A stretch of DNA of 64,000 bases, taken from Trypanosoma brucei (Eukaryota). How positions within the stretch are numbered: position 1 is the stretch's first letter; every line of letters starts with the position of its first letter. Both the position numbers and the translations under genes were made by a program. This document shows, one piece after another, positions 21,801 through 32,660 of the stretch. Where the stretch lies: NCBI GenBank assembly GCA_000002445.1, contig AL929603.2:640001-704000 (forward strand), in the 5' to 3' direction. The notes under the pieces were generated by a model that did no database searches, was not told the DNA's origin, and was given only the letters and a program-made list of their open reading frames with translations.

Positions 21801-22354
21801 TTTCATTTTCAACAATGAGGGAACTGTTCCTACAGGCGTATGATCCACACAATCCCAGTAGGGTAGAGAGGGACGCGTGTGCAATGCCAGCGCTTCGTTT
21901 GATTGGTCTAGCGGTTACTTACCTTCCCAACGTTTCCTTTCAGCAGCAGCTGCAGTACCTAGCTGTAGGCAACCACGACGGTGTTGTACAGGTCATCGAT
22001 TTAAAAACAACCGGTATCATCGCCTCATTTGCCTCCCACACAGAAGCTATCCTTTGTGTCTCATATAGTAGCAACACGTCGAGCCATGACATCGCGGTTC
22101 TTGGCGAAAAAATGAATCAGGTAAAGGTGTGGCATGGAAGCCGCTCCACTGGTGTATTCGGTGCACTGTTTTCGGGCCCCACGATTGAATTTCGTCTCAG
22201 ATTCGTCGTTGATATACCACTACTCACGACATTCGATCCGGTGTCGTGTGACCTGCAGCTATTAGTTACCAAGTGCAAGCTGAAGTGGCTCTCGCCGCGA
22301 TGTGTTGAACTGTGCACACCAGTTCATGACAGATTGAGACTAACTGTTCCGTAA
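18815..22354 (+). CDS. Large WD-repeat-containing protein, 1179 aa (hypothetical)
   Basis: WD-like repeat signatures are present (GHQDGTLHVWI, GHAGPVDKVVLL, GNHDGVVQVIDLKTTG...SHTEAILCVSYS, VKVWHG). It is a long uninterrupted ORF, and a T-run pyrimidine tract lies at 18537-18552 upstream. Confidence 0.65.
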   Translation: MLFGGNGSHSEMQCSDGKTCECSPRLTKKYTFIPLCSSRFTMLLSIPVRSGCEANSLTVTRDRKHGTSNCAPPSVEVSPCASSFLVGDAAQIVVCLLKSPSVYQICGTVLFRQHRVGSLACCFVEPEGRWGDFGCSAVTTLTSNESKNIHIGEGSDIVYFSFMSSTEVMAVSYGACVGYMQLSADKHIIKGKSMQLDGLSNVSCACLVNELSLLVVLTERYVCGVVDIRSGCILEVVCDSMPVKLGIPSSCVLLQLGDSGTIDIMVNFPSSVEPHILTLRRKQCEPPSADAQKRVKAKHNSHLKDLTGGLCTKRCEDFSLVASVGWEMVKFLVMQKGKLRGLANFENETGTPFFSGFWAGDHFVAIRADGLVVFLSVELHQGHFDKLEISTLGSMDLISCSAALLYEQSDRFFVLAVKNMEALWNNASDAVCISDSNNARRMLKCHTAPVCPTGTVLVDTVFFRDGIALLTVESSGDCSATFLTASGAPSLLLAREKNPEDIASCLLYDQRETIFVTGHQDGTLHVWITVQLRHIVHTGHAGPVDKVVLLPEGGKRCSYGFISVCTQRGSVVVHHAETFECVCVVQAPSAPLTSLLWDPSSECMIAISGTLGNLWHAPTHCIRFAFHTSLCTAEGLKRPDLLRYPYRSEDVEVDKISVCGRTYLSIRVDVASLLDALSQRGAGELRPSSRIVLSLLFSRLSQVIKQLREFAGSTNTSKDGHEFFSPVNGVQSGTYTLATSIACKLLSGSRGSADLEKVIYGKELCDSLLNSGCIAEVPTPEDIIIQAFPLLLKLTEVARKAVRQSIRAAMALLPTQRLNDLVKNLLNSASSDSSIRRWFGVSYSTSNVDVWCYSLLIQLTIASEAPAAECADAVSSVVQSLRTETPCFAKVLVAEGETQRLLFFLLVLRDYYAYMAGNLLTDLQPVADAVATLAFEADGNVSASAVKTLLVITITEGRPFIQDYLNRWYSTNVHWRPRLLGFLGSLIQVAPLQSYISFSTMRELFLQAYDPHNPSRVERDACAMPALRLIGLAVTYLPNVSFQQQLQYLAVGNHDGVVQVIDLKTTGIIASFASHTEAILCVSYSSNTSSHDIAVLGEKMNQVKVWHGSRSTGVFGALFSGPTIEFRLRFVVDIPLLTTFDPVSCDLQLLVTKCKLKWLSPRCVELCTPVHDRLRLTVP

Positions 22355-23657
22355 GCGCCCCGCTTTGGACACGGGATCTCTTTGAATTTGCTCGTGCCAT
22401 CGCCCCCAAGTGAAGTTTGTTCCTGCATGAAACCGTGTATGCCAGGCGCATTCAGCGCGAAAAGGCAACTGTTGTTTCCCAAAATCAGCAAGAACACTTC
22501 AACGAGCACTCCTTGTTTTCACTAAACAGTCACCTCCATACATGCACGCGAGGCGCGTCTGTCTTCGCTTATTCGTTGTTGTTTGCTTCGTTTGGCTTAC
22601 AGGTGTTTAGTTGCTGATACAAAAAGCGACGGAATAACAGCTCTCGGTAACGGCTGCTTACTTGCCTAGCTTCACAACGGTTCGTTTCGGAAAGTGGGAT
22701 GGGGGAGGGGGGTGACGAGGCTGCTTCCCGGATCAATTATTGTTAGTGTTACCGCTAAACCCGCCTACAACCCCTAAGGATCATTAGTTGTTCCTCGATG
22801 ATGTAGCACGTTTGCTCGCCCCTAAAGGACGTAACAGCAGAGGTACTGTATTGCTAATGGTGGCACATATGCCCCCTGTATAGCAACGACTTGCGTTAAC
22901 CTGCTACGCACACGCACCTATTCCCTAACTTTTCTTTTTTATAAACCGAAGCTCAGTTGTGTAAGAAGCGAAATGGCCGGGGAAGCGGGACTTCCATGGG
23001 TGGCACGCTTCATTAACCACATCTTAACGCCCGGATCGGCCCTCTCGCCGGTGGTTTGGTGCGCGTTCAACGTTGTGATGGCCGCACTGCTCCTGTGCTG
23101 GCTACCGTTGCTTATTTCTATGCCATCGAATATACACCTCTGGGTGTTCGGCTTCCTTGGCGCCGGTCTGGCCTTCTCCACCAATTGGTTCTTCAGGGAA
23201 CTTTCCGCCAGGCCCCCAAGTGCTGCAGAAGCTACCGAGCACGAAGTTCGTGAGAAAAGGAACCAATGACACACAAAAAGGGGGTGAGAAAGGACGGGGC
23301 TAGCAGGCACTAGGGCTCTTAAAGCGTTTGTGGGAAAGCGACTGTTGGAATGTAAACGGTGCTAGGATCGATTCGGACATGTTTCCCCATGCGATACGAA
23401 TCCTTTCGCCTCTTCGCTTGCGCTCATATGGTTTTTCCAACACCCGCACCACTGGCCTGTCCGGTTTTCAAGAGTATTTTTGCGCAAAGGGCAACAGAAA
23501 TGGCAGCAACCCAAGAAACAACACAATCTCTTTTCTCATACTACCTGTTATTCCCTAACACCATGTTCACTTATTTGACTTGTTTGCTTGTTCGTTGCAC
23601 TTCGTTACGTCTCCCGTCCGCTGCCCATTAACGTTCCCCTTTCACACGTAGACTCTG

Positions 23658-26600
23658 ATGTTAACCCCGACACGGCGGCTCCCGAAGGCGCTTTCCCCCT
23701 ACGCCCAAGCGCTGAGGCACGTCGCTCTCAGGGGTGCCACCGCTTTTGGCCCGGGCGCAAAAGAGATGGAATTGGATATGCTCCGGAAAGGAACGCTGCC
23801 AGCCGACTACAGGCCACCTGTCCAAGGAAGGTGGGACGATACCATTGAGCGGTGGGCGTATGCCTGGCAGTTCCCAGCAGAAGAAGAGCAAGATGACATT
23901 ACCAAATCGGTGGAACGCAATGCGTCAGGCATGCAAGCGCTATTGGAGATTGGAAACAAGTTGCTGCGCTCGCCGCCATCTCCAGAACCCCTCTCTGGGA
24001 AAGCTTCCAAGTTGTATCCACCGGTTGGGGACATGTCGAGTGGAAATACCGCATTGCTTCCACCCAACCCCACCTACGATGTACTGGAGCAGGACGTGTC
24101 GGAGCTGATGGCAGAAGACGCAGTGGTTGTGGCTTCCCAGCCCCGTCTACGCGCAGAGGAACTCTCAGCGAAGTACAACGTTCCCATGGCTTACATCGAT
24201 GACAGCTCAGAGGCCAGTAATGCGAGTAAAAGCCTTGCCCTCGTGATGGAGGATGTCGGTTTAGAATTTACAGAGGATGGTCTTACCGTAGTCATATCTG
24301 CCCTATCGAGGCAAGGGTACGGCACCATTGGTCGAGCTATTTTTGATTTTGCCTCCACCATGGGGCTGGGGCCTTCTGCCGAGATGTACAAAGCATTGAT
24401 GAAGTACGCCTCACGACGCGGAGATGTGAACGAATCCATGGCTCTCATTGAAGAAATGAAGGGAAATGGAATTACACCCCGCATCGGCAACTGGCACGAA
24501 CTTATGTACACCTTCTACAAGGCAAAGGACTACCCTGCAGTGAGTCAAATAGTGGATAACATGAAAATGTATGCCAATATCGAACCCAATGAAGTCACGT
24601 TTGTACTTCAACTTAAAGCACTGGCCAAAGACAACTCCCAGTTGAACTCTCTCCCCGAGGCAATTCAGTTGTTTGATCAAATGGAAAATGTCTATGGCTT
24701 TATAGCGTCACGTCCCCATTATGATGCCATGATGTTTCATCTAAGTCAGAGTCCGCGACCGGAAATGAGGCTCCGGTGCGAGGAATTGGCCCACAAAATG
24801 GAGTTGATGGGGATTGTATGGAATGCCAACACATATCTTAACCTTATTCGCTCAGCCCAGGTAGTCGGTGATGTTGCGGCTGTTGAAAAGTACCTCAGTA
24901 GAATGCGCGAGGAGGGGATCCCAGCAAGCATCGGGCACCTAACATGGGCCGTTCAAGCGCACGTACAAAGCATGATACGGATAGATTACGATGCGCTGAA
25001 GGAAAAGGATGAAAGCCCCCTTCCTACTTGGCTCGAGCATCTTGAAACGTGTTTTGGTATCTACGAGCTAGTCGTCCGACGCGGATGGGTAATGCAGCTC
25101 CCCTTCGTGAACGCACTTCTTCGCCTAACCTGCCAAGCTACCATCCTTTCCATGGAGCGCACGCCAGATGAAGCAGAGACCATCGGTAGGTTCGAGGAGC
25201 AAGCCAACAAAATTTGGAATCATACATTTGACGAATGGCAACTGCAAAAGGACGTCTACAGCTACGAATGTTACATTGCGCTTCTGGCACACCAGCAGCG
25301 CATCGATGAGGCTGAGAAACTTTTTCAAGAAATGATACTAAAGAAGGATCTGTCACCGTCTAGGAGAACATATCACTGTATGATCTTCATGCACCTGTCG
25401 TCGGGTGAGGAAGGAGGAACTGCGAGGGCCCTCAGATATCTGGAGGCAATGGAGCGCGCCGGTATCCAGGTTAGGCCATCCCTTTTGAAGAAAATCGTTC
25501 GGGTAAATAACGCTGCGGGGTACAAACGAGATATGAAGCGGCGTGCGCGGCGTATCATGCAGGCGAGGGAGGAATACCTTGCTAGGAAGGCAGAGGGCGT
25601 TAGCTTCGGGGAAGGAGGGAAGGAAGGAGCTTCGAATCAAAGGGCAGATGTTGACGCGGAGGGAAACTCCATCCTAGAGCCTCTCGCTGTTTCTCCCACT
25701 TCAACGCTAGCTTGGTGGGAAAAGTGGAAGCGGGAGACCGTGAGTAAGCACGAGCTGTTTACTGAGGAGGGAGCTGACGGCACTCCAAAGGGAGAAACGT
25801 TCGAAGAAAAAAATGAAGCTCTCCGGATGATGGGCATCACGTCCTCATTTCAAACGAAGGATCTCGTCCCGCAACCCGACAGACAGAAACTGCTGCCTCT
25901 CATCAGAAGGGAAGAGGGGGAAATCGCGGGTAGCCTTTGGGCAATGGATGGTGGTGAGTTGTCGTATCCGAAGGATGGGGGCGGCCCACAAGGTTGGGGT
26001 GTCCGGCTCTGGCGTGAGCGGCAGCTTGTCAAGCGGGAATACCAGAAAGTTTTGGACGGATATCGTCCTGTTCCCCAGCTTTCAACACTTGGAAACTCTG
26101 TCCGAACGGCCGGTGACCAATTAGATATTGAGAGGAGTGGGGCGCAGACGCCTGGGGAATTGTCCGATTATCGAAACTTTCCTGATAACCGCTTTGACGG
26201 AGGTCAGCTGAAACCCGAGTCAGAGGCAGCTCCAGCAGTTCCCTTTTCCGCAGAACTGGTCTGGCAAGGGGAAGCCAATGACAAGCTCTCGCCCTACAAG
26301 TCCGACGAGGAAATTGCCCTTGAAAACGACAACACTTTCTTTTCAAGCCTTTCCAAGGAAACGGAGGGAAAGCTAAGTATAGCGGTGAAGGCGATGCAAA
26401 ACAAAGAGGAGAATTCTGTGGATGTTAGAGGAAAGGGGGTGACGAGACGTTCTAAGTTTGATTACTTGGAAAAGTGGAGAGACATGTATCGGCACGGCAC
26501 ACTGGAGGTGCCTGAGGGACCAACACTGAATTTTGGCCGCACGCCAGACGATCACAAGGAGACAATGGCAGCTTTGGTTCGCGGTTGGTATCAACGCAAT

Positions 26601-26732
26601 AGGAAGGAGCCAGCATCCGAAGAAGAACTGAAGAGGTGGAGGGTCGATGAGCAGCGAAGCAGCGAAACATCGGCCTCGCGTGCGGCGCTCAAGAAGCGAA
26701 AGCAGGTACGAAGTCGTCACAGAAATAAATAG
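23658..26732 (+). CDS. Pentatricopeptide-repeat (PPR) protein, 1024 aa, with a mitochondrial-type N-terminus
   Basis: The N-terminus MLTPTRRLPKALSPYAQALRHVALRG is Arg-rich and amphipathic. Repeated ~35-aa helical-hairpin motifs are present (YKALMKYASRRGDVNESMALIEEMKGNGITPRIGNW; TYLNLIRSAQVVGDVAAVEKYLSRMREEGIPASIGHL; TYHCMIFMHLSSGEEGGTARALRYLEAMERAGIQVRPS). The C-terminal third is charged and low-complexity. Confidence 0.65.
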   Translation: MLTPTRRLPKALSPYAQALRHVALRGATAFGPGAKEMELDMLRKGTLPADYRPPVQGRWDDTIERWAYAWQFPAEEEQDDITKSVERNASGMQALLEIGNKLLRSPPSPEPLSGKASKLYPPVGDMSSGNTALLPPNPTYDVLEQDVSELMAEDAVVVASQPRLRAEELSAKYNVPMAYIDDSSEASNASKSLALVMEDVGLEFTEDGLTVVISALSRQGYGTIGRAIFDFASTMGLGPSAEMYKALMKYASRRGDVNESMALIEEMKGNGITPRIGNWHELMYTFYKAKDYPAVSQIVDNMKMYANIEPNEVTFVLQLKALAKDNSQLNSLPEAIQLFDQMENVYGFIASRPHYDAMMFHLSQSPRPEMRLRCEELAHKMELMGIVWNANTYLNLIRSAQVVGDVAAVEKYLSRMREEGIPASIGHLTWAVQAHVQSMIRIDYDALKEKDESPLPTWLEHLETCFGIYELVVRRGWVMQLPFVNALLRLTCQATILSMERTPDEAETIGRFEEQANKIWNHTFDEWQLQKDVYSYECYIALLAHQQRIDEAEKLFQEMILKKDLSPSRRTYHCMIFMHLSSGEEGGTARALRYLEAMERAGIQVRPSLLKKIVRVNNAAGYKRDMKRRARRIMQAREEYLARKAEGVSFGEGGKEGASNQRADVDAEGNSILEPLAVSPTSTLAWWEKWKRETVSKHELFTEEGADGTPKGETFEEKNEALRMMGITSSFQTKDLVPQPDRQKLLPLIRREEGEIAGSLWAMDGGELSYPKDGGGPQGWGVRLWRERQLVKREYQKVLDGYRPVPQLSTLGNSVRTAGDQLDIERSGAQTPGELSDYRNFPDNRFDGGQLKPESEAAPAVPFSAELVWQGEANDKLSPYKSDEEIALENDNTFFSSLSKETEGKLSIAVKAMQNKEENSVDVRGKGVTRRSKFDYLEKWRDMYRHGTLEVPEGPTLNFGRTPDDHKETMAALVRGWYQRNRKEPASEEELKRWRVDEQRSSETSASRAALKKRKQVRSRHRNK

Positions 26733-27006
26733 TAAAAGTGAAAGGAAACGGAAACGGAAACGGAGGGAAGGCACAGAGGATGCACCCAGAGGGGGGAAAA
26801 GAGTGCCTCTTTTTTGTGTTATCATCACCCGCCTTATCTGCCGAAACCGGCGTGATTTCTATCTGTTATCACCATTTAAGTGACACTTTTATGTAGCTGC
26901 ATCAGTGAGCGTGGCGTGGTTACCGCCACTTGAACATGTTCGCTTCTTCCCACTTGGACTGTGGTCATTTTCTTCAGAAGTCTCAAAACCAACACTGCCC
27001 CCGAGC

Positions 27007-28215
27007 ATGACGTTTATCAGCTCCCTAATACAGGCCGTGCAGCCAGAAGTGGTGCAATGGCGACGTCACATCCATGAAAATCCGTGCCTAAGCCATAAAG
27101 AGCAACAAACAGCAGATTATGTTGAATCCATTCTGAGAAGCATGCCCGCAAAGCTTGACATCAGGCGGCTGACACCTAGTAGTGTCGTCGCTGACCTCCG
27201 CGGTGGGGCGGGTGATGGACCTACGTACGCACTGCGCGCTGACATGGACGCCCTTCCGCTGCAGGAAGAAAGTGGGGAGCCCTTCAGCTCAAAGCTACCG
27301 GGCGTGATGCACGCGTGTGGTCATGACGCCCACACAGCCATTCTCCTTGGGGCTATCAAGGTCTTGTGTCATGTAAAAGACAAAATATGCGGCACTATTC
27401 GGTTTATCTTCCAGCATGCCGAGGAGGTTATTCCAAGTGGTGCAAAGCAACTTGTTCAGCTCGGTGTGCTGGACGGCGTTAAGATGATATTTGGGCTTGC
27501 CGTTGACGTTTCCAACCCACCGGGAACAGTGCTGTGTAAGAGCGGTGTTTTAACAAGCGCATGCAACGACTTTGACATCGTGATTCAGGGGGCTAGCGGA
27601 CATGCCTCACAGCCAGAATTGTGCATTGACCCCATCGTAATAGGCGCACAGGTGGTAATGAGCCTCCAGACAATTGTGTCAAGACGTATAGGGGCACTTA
27701 CAACACCTGTGCTAAGTATAGCAACCTTTCAAGGCGGCAGGGGAGGCTACAACGTCATTCCTGACACGGTGCATCTACGTGGCACGCTGCGTTGCCTGGA
27801 TAGTGGGGTGCAGAAGCGGGTTCCGGCCATGGTGGAGGAAATCGTGGCAGGAATTACCAGTGCCCACGGCGCTAAACACACGGTGAGCTGGCTAGAGCCC
27901 AATATCGTAACATATAATAACGAAGCCGCATACGACGTTGTGAAGCGGGTTGCAGAACACGTCGTTTCCGGTATAACCTTTGTCGAGCTCCCAACGGCAA
28001 TGACGGGAGTAACGGACTTTGGTGAGTATGGTGCTGTGATACCTGGATGTCTGTTTCTTCTTGGTGCAGGGAATGAAACTAACAATTCAGTGAGCAATCA
28101 TAACTACAGCTCTCGGTTTAGGCTGAATGAGAACGTCATGGTGGATGGAGTGAGGATGTTCGTTGGGTTGATGATGACTCTTGCTGTTCCAGACGCTCCT
28201 AGTCCAGGAACGTAA
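27007..28215 (+). CDS. M20D-family amidohydrolase (aminoacylase / hippurate hydrolase-like N-acyl-amino-acid amidohydrolase), ~402 aa. The maximal ORF starts at 26905.
   Basis: Diagnostic motifs are [16 protein letters not shown] and the N-terminal (V)[11 protein letters not shown](C)LS. The family normally starts close to this motif, and a pyrimidine tract plus AG lies inside the 5' extension (26935-26990), so Met35 (27007) is the likelier start. Confidence 0.8.
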   Translation: MTFISSLIQAVQPEVVQWRRHIHENPCLSHKEQQTADYVESILRSMPAKLDIRRLTPSSVVADLRGGAGDGPTYALRADMDALPLQEESGEPFSSKLPGVMHACGHDAHTAILLGAIKVLCHVKDKICGTIRFIFQHAEEVIPSGAKQLVQLGVLDGVKMIFGLAVDVSNPPGTVLCKSGVLTSACNDFDIVIQGASGHASQPELCIDPIVIGAQVVMSLQTIVSRRIGALTTPVLSIATFQGGRGGYNVIPDTVHLRGTLRCLDSGVQKRVPAMVEEIVAGITSAHGAKHTVSWLEPNIVTYNNEAAYDVVKRVAEHVVSGITFVELPTAMTGVTDFGEYGAVIPGCLFLLGAGNETNNSVSNHNYSSRFRLNENVMVDGVRMFVGLMMTLAVPDAPSPGT

Positions 28216-28785
28216 CGGTGGAAAGGGAATTTTTTGATCCGTTGCTTCCTGCGCTTGAGGTGCCATGCCTTGTCATAGCTCATTCGCGGGTCGCCGGTCG
28301 GTTGCGTCTCCGTTAACATGCTTCTGTTTTTCTTTCTCTCTCTTATCACTTGGTGTATGTGCGGGCGTCGCCACTTTTCCCAACAACCTTAGCAGCGTTT
28401 ACAGTGATACTGGGGAACGGACGGGTAGGTGAAACAGTGGGTGAGCAACACACTTTGTTTCGGAGCTACGCGGGTAAGCAATGAACAGGCGGGATACTCC
28501 TCGTTAAGTTCGGCCCAACAGCTCCACGTCTACCACTCCCTCTTTTCTCGGAGCACGTCCCCGCGCGTGTACATGTTTACCCACGCCTCACTTGCGTACG
28601 CACGTCGTATTATCAGTGATAATGTTTTATTGCTCTTGCTATAATTACGGTAACCTTCCACAAGACGGCGCTGCCGGACTTCCTGCGCTTACTTTCCCCC
28701 TCCCACGCTGTCCTTACGTAACCGAAAGTGAACTGCTCGTTTACCCCTTGAGGAATACAAACAAAAAAGAAAGGGAAACGGAAAC

Positions 28786-29910
28786 GTGGGAATGCGGACG
28801 TTCCTGGCACCGACTTTCCCCCGATGGTGTGGACTTTTTGCCAAATCTCCCGTCCTCCTGATGTCCATTTCAGAGACCGGACTGCAATCGGCCTTCCGTC
28901 GTGCGTGCGCTGAAGAGGGCGTGGACCTCAGGGAGGGGTTGCCAGAGGATGTTCTTGCCGCCGTCATCGCTGCCCCTGGGCAGGTCACTGTGGAGGAGGC
29001 GCGAGCGCAGCTGAACTCTTCAACGTCATTTCGGGTTGATGCGGGTCTAGTGCACTTGACCGCGGATGGTGCGCGGGAACAAAGCCAAATGGAGACGATG
29101 CTGCTAAAATTAGCGACAAAGATCCCCCCAACCGGTGTGAGCGGGGCGCAGTTTCGGGCCATCCTTGAAGACGAAGCACCGCACTTTCAGCCGTCTGCGG
29201 TGGGTGCGCTTTCACTAAAAGAGGCGGTGCAACGCTACCCTCGCTTGTTTGATGTTGAGACAGACACTACAGGTAAGTGGTTTGTGCGACCGGCTGGTGT
29301 GGGAAAAGACGGTAGGGCGTCAGTGGGGAAGAATAGCGGACCAATTAGCATTATCAATTTCTGCAGTGAGAGGGCGTTGATGGGAAACCAGGCCGACTAT
29401 GTTCCCCTCCATGTGGCTATGAGGGAGGAGAGCGTGGCGAGTGAGGGGGTGTTGAGAGACCTAGTGGATAGTGAGGAACTCAGCAAGCAACTGCAAATAC
29501 GGTTCTCAGTGAGATTGCGACCCAAACGACCAGTAACGAACGCGTTTTGTTTTGTTGATGGTGATGAAATTGGTTTGGAGGCTGTAGATGCAATATGGAA
29601 GGAAATGAATTTGTCTGACAAGTCCACTCGTCTTGTGGCTCGGCAGCCAACCTCGCGTAAACACAACAGCAGTGACATTGTCGCCCCAGCGGACATGCCG
29701 ACATACGCTGTTGTGGAGCGTAAGGCGCGGGAGTTGTCTCTCACACAGTCTGTTGTCCTTCAGGACGTTATTTACATGTGTTCGTTGAGGCAATTTTCTC
29801 TTTATGCAGACCATATAGCTAAGTTGAATGCTTTTCCGGATGCAGATGTGTATGTTTGCTGCCCGAGTAAGGTGAAGCTTGTGGCTCAGAAACAGTTTGT
29901 TCCGCTGTAA
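28786..29910 (+). CDS. Hypothetical protein, 374 aa
   Basis: A long ORF with ordinary composition whose spacing to its neighbours fits the gene density. I recognise no domain. Confidence 0.5.
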   Translation: MGMRTFLAPTFPRWCGLFAKSPVLLMSISETGLQSAFRRACAEEGVDLREGLPEDVLAAVIAAPGQVTVEEARAQLNSSTSFRVDAGLVHLTADGAREQSQMETMLLKLATKIPPTGVSGAQFRAILEDEAPHFQPSAVGALSLKEAVQRYPRLFDVETDTTGKWFVRPAGVGKDGRASVGKNSGPISIINFCSERALMGNQADYVPLHVAMREESVASEGVLRDLVDSEELSKQLQIRFSVRLRPKRPVTNAFCFVDGDEIGLEAVDAIWKEMNLSDKSTRLVARQPTSRKHNSSDIVAPADMPTYAVVERKARELSLTQSVVLQDVIYMCSLRQFSLYADHIAKLNAFPDADVYVCCPSKVKLVAQKQFVPL

Positions 29911-30281
29911 CCTCCCCTCCTTCTTGTCCTGAGAACGCGCGTAGCTGGGAGGGTTTCAGGCACTTCTTTATTTACAGGAAGAGCCTTCAAAAGGGCGGAT
30001 GGGGCATGACCGGACATCAAGACGCGGAAAAGAGGAAGCCCAACCGCGGCACTGCCCCGTCTCGCGATCTTACACAGTTCCGCGCACATGCCGACTGCAT
30101 TATTCTCATCCCCTCGTTGGGGGGCACTTTCCCTGTCCTCACTCCGTTAACTTCTGTAACAGCGGGAACTGCCGCTACCGTCGTTGTTCAACCCTCTGCT
30201 TCCCTTTGCTTCACCTAACTACGTCGTGATTAGTGTTTGTTGGGCGCCGGTGGGGTCAGGGGGGGCGCCTCCTTGCTGAAG

Positions 30282-31532
30282 ATGTTGCGTCGCCTCGGTG
30301 TACGTCACTTCCGGCGAACGCCGCTCCTTTTTGTCGGTGGGGACGGCAGCATTTTTGAGCGCTACACAGAAATCGACAACTCCAACGAGCGGCGGATTAA
30401 TGCGCTGAAGGGATGCGGTATGTTTGAGGATGAGTGGATTGCCACTGAGAAGGTTCATGGAGCGAACTTCGGTATCTACTCCATTGAAGGTGAGAAAATG
30501 ATCAGATACGCAAAGCGCAGTGGCATTATGCCTCCGAACGAGCACTTCTTTGGCTATCATATATTGATCCCTGAGTTGCAGCGATACATAACTTCTATTC
30601 GTGAGATGTTGTGCGAGAAGCAGAAGAAGAAGCTACACGTTGTGCTCATTAATGGAGAGTTGTTTGGAGGAAAATATGACCACCCTAGCGTTCCAAAGAC
30701 ACGGAAAACGGTCATGGTGGCTGGTAAGCCGCGAACAATAAGCGCCGTGCAGACCGACTCTTTTCCCCAATATAGCCCAGATCTCCACTTTTACGCATTC
30801 GACATAAAGTACAAGGAGACAGAGGATGGAGACTACACTACTCTCGTCTACGATGAAGCCATAGAGCTGTTTCAGCGCGTTCCCGGGCTCCTGTACGCGA
30901 GGGCGGTCATTCGAGGGCCAATGTCAAAGGTTGCTGCATTTGATGTGGAACGCTTTGTCACAACCATCCCCCCTCTTGTTGGTATGGGCAACTACCCACT
31001 GACGGGCAACTGGGCTGAGGGGCTTGTCGTGAAGCACTCGAGGCTGGGAATGGCGGGATTCGACCCCAAAGGTCCAACGGTGTTGAAGTTTAAATGCACA
31101 GCGTTCCAGGAGATATCCACAGACCGAGCGCAAGGGCCTCGCGTAGATGAAATGAGGAACGTACGAAGGGACTCCATCAATCGCGCCGGTGTGCAATTGC
31201 CAGACTTAGAGAGTATTGTGCAAGATCCAATTCAACTCGAAGCTTCGAAACTACTCCTTAATCATGTGTGCGAGAATCGTCTCAAAAATGTGCTATCAAA
31301 GATCGGCACGGAGCCCTTCGAGAAGGAGGAAATGACACCAGACCAGTTGGCCACACTTCTTGCCAAAGACGTCCTGAAAGACTTTCTAAAAGATACCGAA
31401 CCCTCCATTGTAAATATACCGGTACTCATCCGCAAGGATCTGACTAGGTACGTTATATTTGAGTCCAGGCGGCTAGTTTGCTCACAGTGGAAGGACATTC
31501 TGAAGCGTCAGTCTCCTGACTTTAGCGAATGA
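30282..31532 (+). CDS. KREL2: Kinetoplastid RNA-editing ligase (Rnl2-family; REL2-like), 416 aa from the second ATG. The maximal ORF starts at 30237 (431 aa).
   Basis: The nucleotidyltransferase motif [12 protein letters not shown] (a K-x-H-G-x-N lysine adenylylation site as in T4 Rnl2/REL1/REL2) is present. The size matches my recollection of REL2 at ~416 aa. The second Met begins [12 protein letters not shown], a typical mitochondrial presequence. Confidence 0.8.
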   Translation: MLRRLGVRHFRRTPLLFVGGDGSIFERYTEIDNSNERRINALKGCGMFEDEWIATEKVHGANFGIYSIEGEKMIRYAKRSGIMPPNEHFFGYHILIPELQRYITSIREMLCEKQKKKLHVVLINGELFGGKYDHPSVPKTRKTVMVAGKPRTISAVQTDSFPQYSPDLHFYAFDIKYKETEDGDYTTLVYDEAIELFQRVPGLLYARAVIRGPMSKVAAFDVERFVTTIPPLVGMGNYPLTGNWAEGLVVKHSRLGMAGFDPKGPTVLKFKCTAFQEISTDRAQGPRVDEMRNVRRDSINRAGVQLPDLESIVQDPIQLEASKLLLNHVCENRLKNVLSKIGTEPFEKEEMTPDQLATLLAKDVLKDFLKDTEPSIVNIPVLIRKDLTRYVIFESRRLVCSQWKDILKRQSPDFSE

Positions 31533-31847
31533 AAAGATATGGCTCCCCAGAGAGCGTGGAAATAATGCATGGCTGCGGAGAATTGGTGGTGGGAGGGAAG
31601 CAAAGAAAAAGAAAAGCACCTCTTGGCACGGTAAGCAGTAGCATTCTAAATCCCCCATGCCCCCCGTACGCACACGCACACCTTTGTATGCACGTCTGTA
31701 TTTACTTATCCCCACATACGTGTTTAAAAACAGACGTGCACTTCTGTTCCTTGTTTACTCACCAATTATCATATAGGCTTTGAGGTACTCTCCAAAGGGC
31801 TAGCGCTGTGGTCAGACGAGACCAGAGCGGGGTGAGAAGGGGAGCAA

Positions 31848-32660
31848 ATGCGCACGTTCAGTCGTACGGCGCGGATCACCTCGAGCGCGGCTTGCGTAGG
31901 TCGATTTGAGCACCAAGGAGTGTCGCGTGACGCGGTGCTTGCGCGGTGGAGCTTACAAGTGGTCAAACCTAACGCGATGAAGACTGGAGGCCTAATCGGC
32001 AAGGGCATGAAGTTTGCCTCCCCTCTCGGTCCCAGCGGTTGGGCGACGCGAAACAGTGGTACAGGTTCAACGGTGCTTGATGTAAACTGGGACTTGCGCG
32101 AGCGGATGGATTATTATGTGCACTACAGCGTACCCTCTACCTGGACGGTGGTGGAGCATGTGAGTGACAACAGTGTTGCAATTCAGAGCAAACCACCTGT
32201 TTGCGATAGTCCCGGAGCTGAAGGGCCAACTGTTCACGGGTTCTCTCTCAATTGCTTCGCCTACAAGCAAAAGGTCAAGGAGCCTGACTGTGAGAAGTTG
32301 CTGAGCTTGTTCTTACATCGCTTCGACGCGTCTGTCTCAAATTCATTGGCTGTTTTATCGAAGGCATCAGGCCGTGGCAACGGCGTTATATGCGGCACTG
32401 CGAAACCCGAGCAGGACATTAGCGAAGTGTTGGCTAACAGACTAGAATGTGCGGTGGCTGAGATTACGTTTACACCAGCTGTCGGGGAGCCATTAGCGCA
32501 TGGTCTCTGCCGTGCTTTTTACAACTCGAACCGTAGATTTCATTATGTCGTTGTTGTTGCAGTACCGGAAGATGAGTTCACGTTGTCAAAAGATCTTCTC
32601 ACCCATGCACTCCTCGCGGTTGTTGAGAGTCGAGTTGAGGCGGCGCCCAAAGGCACGTGA
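31848..32660 (+). CDS. Hypothetical protein, 270 aa, with an Arg-rich N-terminus
   Basis: It is the only long ORF in an otherwise uncovered gap. I recognise no domain. Confidence 0.45.
   Translation: MRTFSRTARITSSAACVGRFEHQGVSRDAVLARWSLQVVKPNAMKTGGLIGKGMKFASPLGPSGWATRNSGTGSTVLDVNWDLRERMDYYVHYSVPSTWTVVEHVSDNSVAIQSKPPVCDSPGAEGPTVHGFSLNCFAYKQKVKEPDCEKLLSLFLHRFDASVSNSLAVLSKASGRGNGVICGTAKPEQDISEVLANRLECAVAEITFTPAVGEPLAHGLCRAFYNSNRRFHYVVVVAVPEDEFTLSKDLLTHALLAVVESRVEAAPKGT

Noticed and set aside
26373-26828. A 151-aa minus-strand ORF at the 3' end of the PPR gene
   Set aside because: It is antisense to the PPR CDS and spacer. It is generated by the Glu/Lys/Arg-rich (GAA/AAG-rich) coding tail of the PPR protein.
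28689-29162. A 157-aa minus-strand ORF spanning the 28215-28786 spacer and the start of the 374-aa gene
   Set aside because: It is antisense to the consistent plus-strand polycistron. The translation is Ala/Arg/Ser-rich, and nothing else on this strand in the region is coding.
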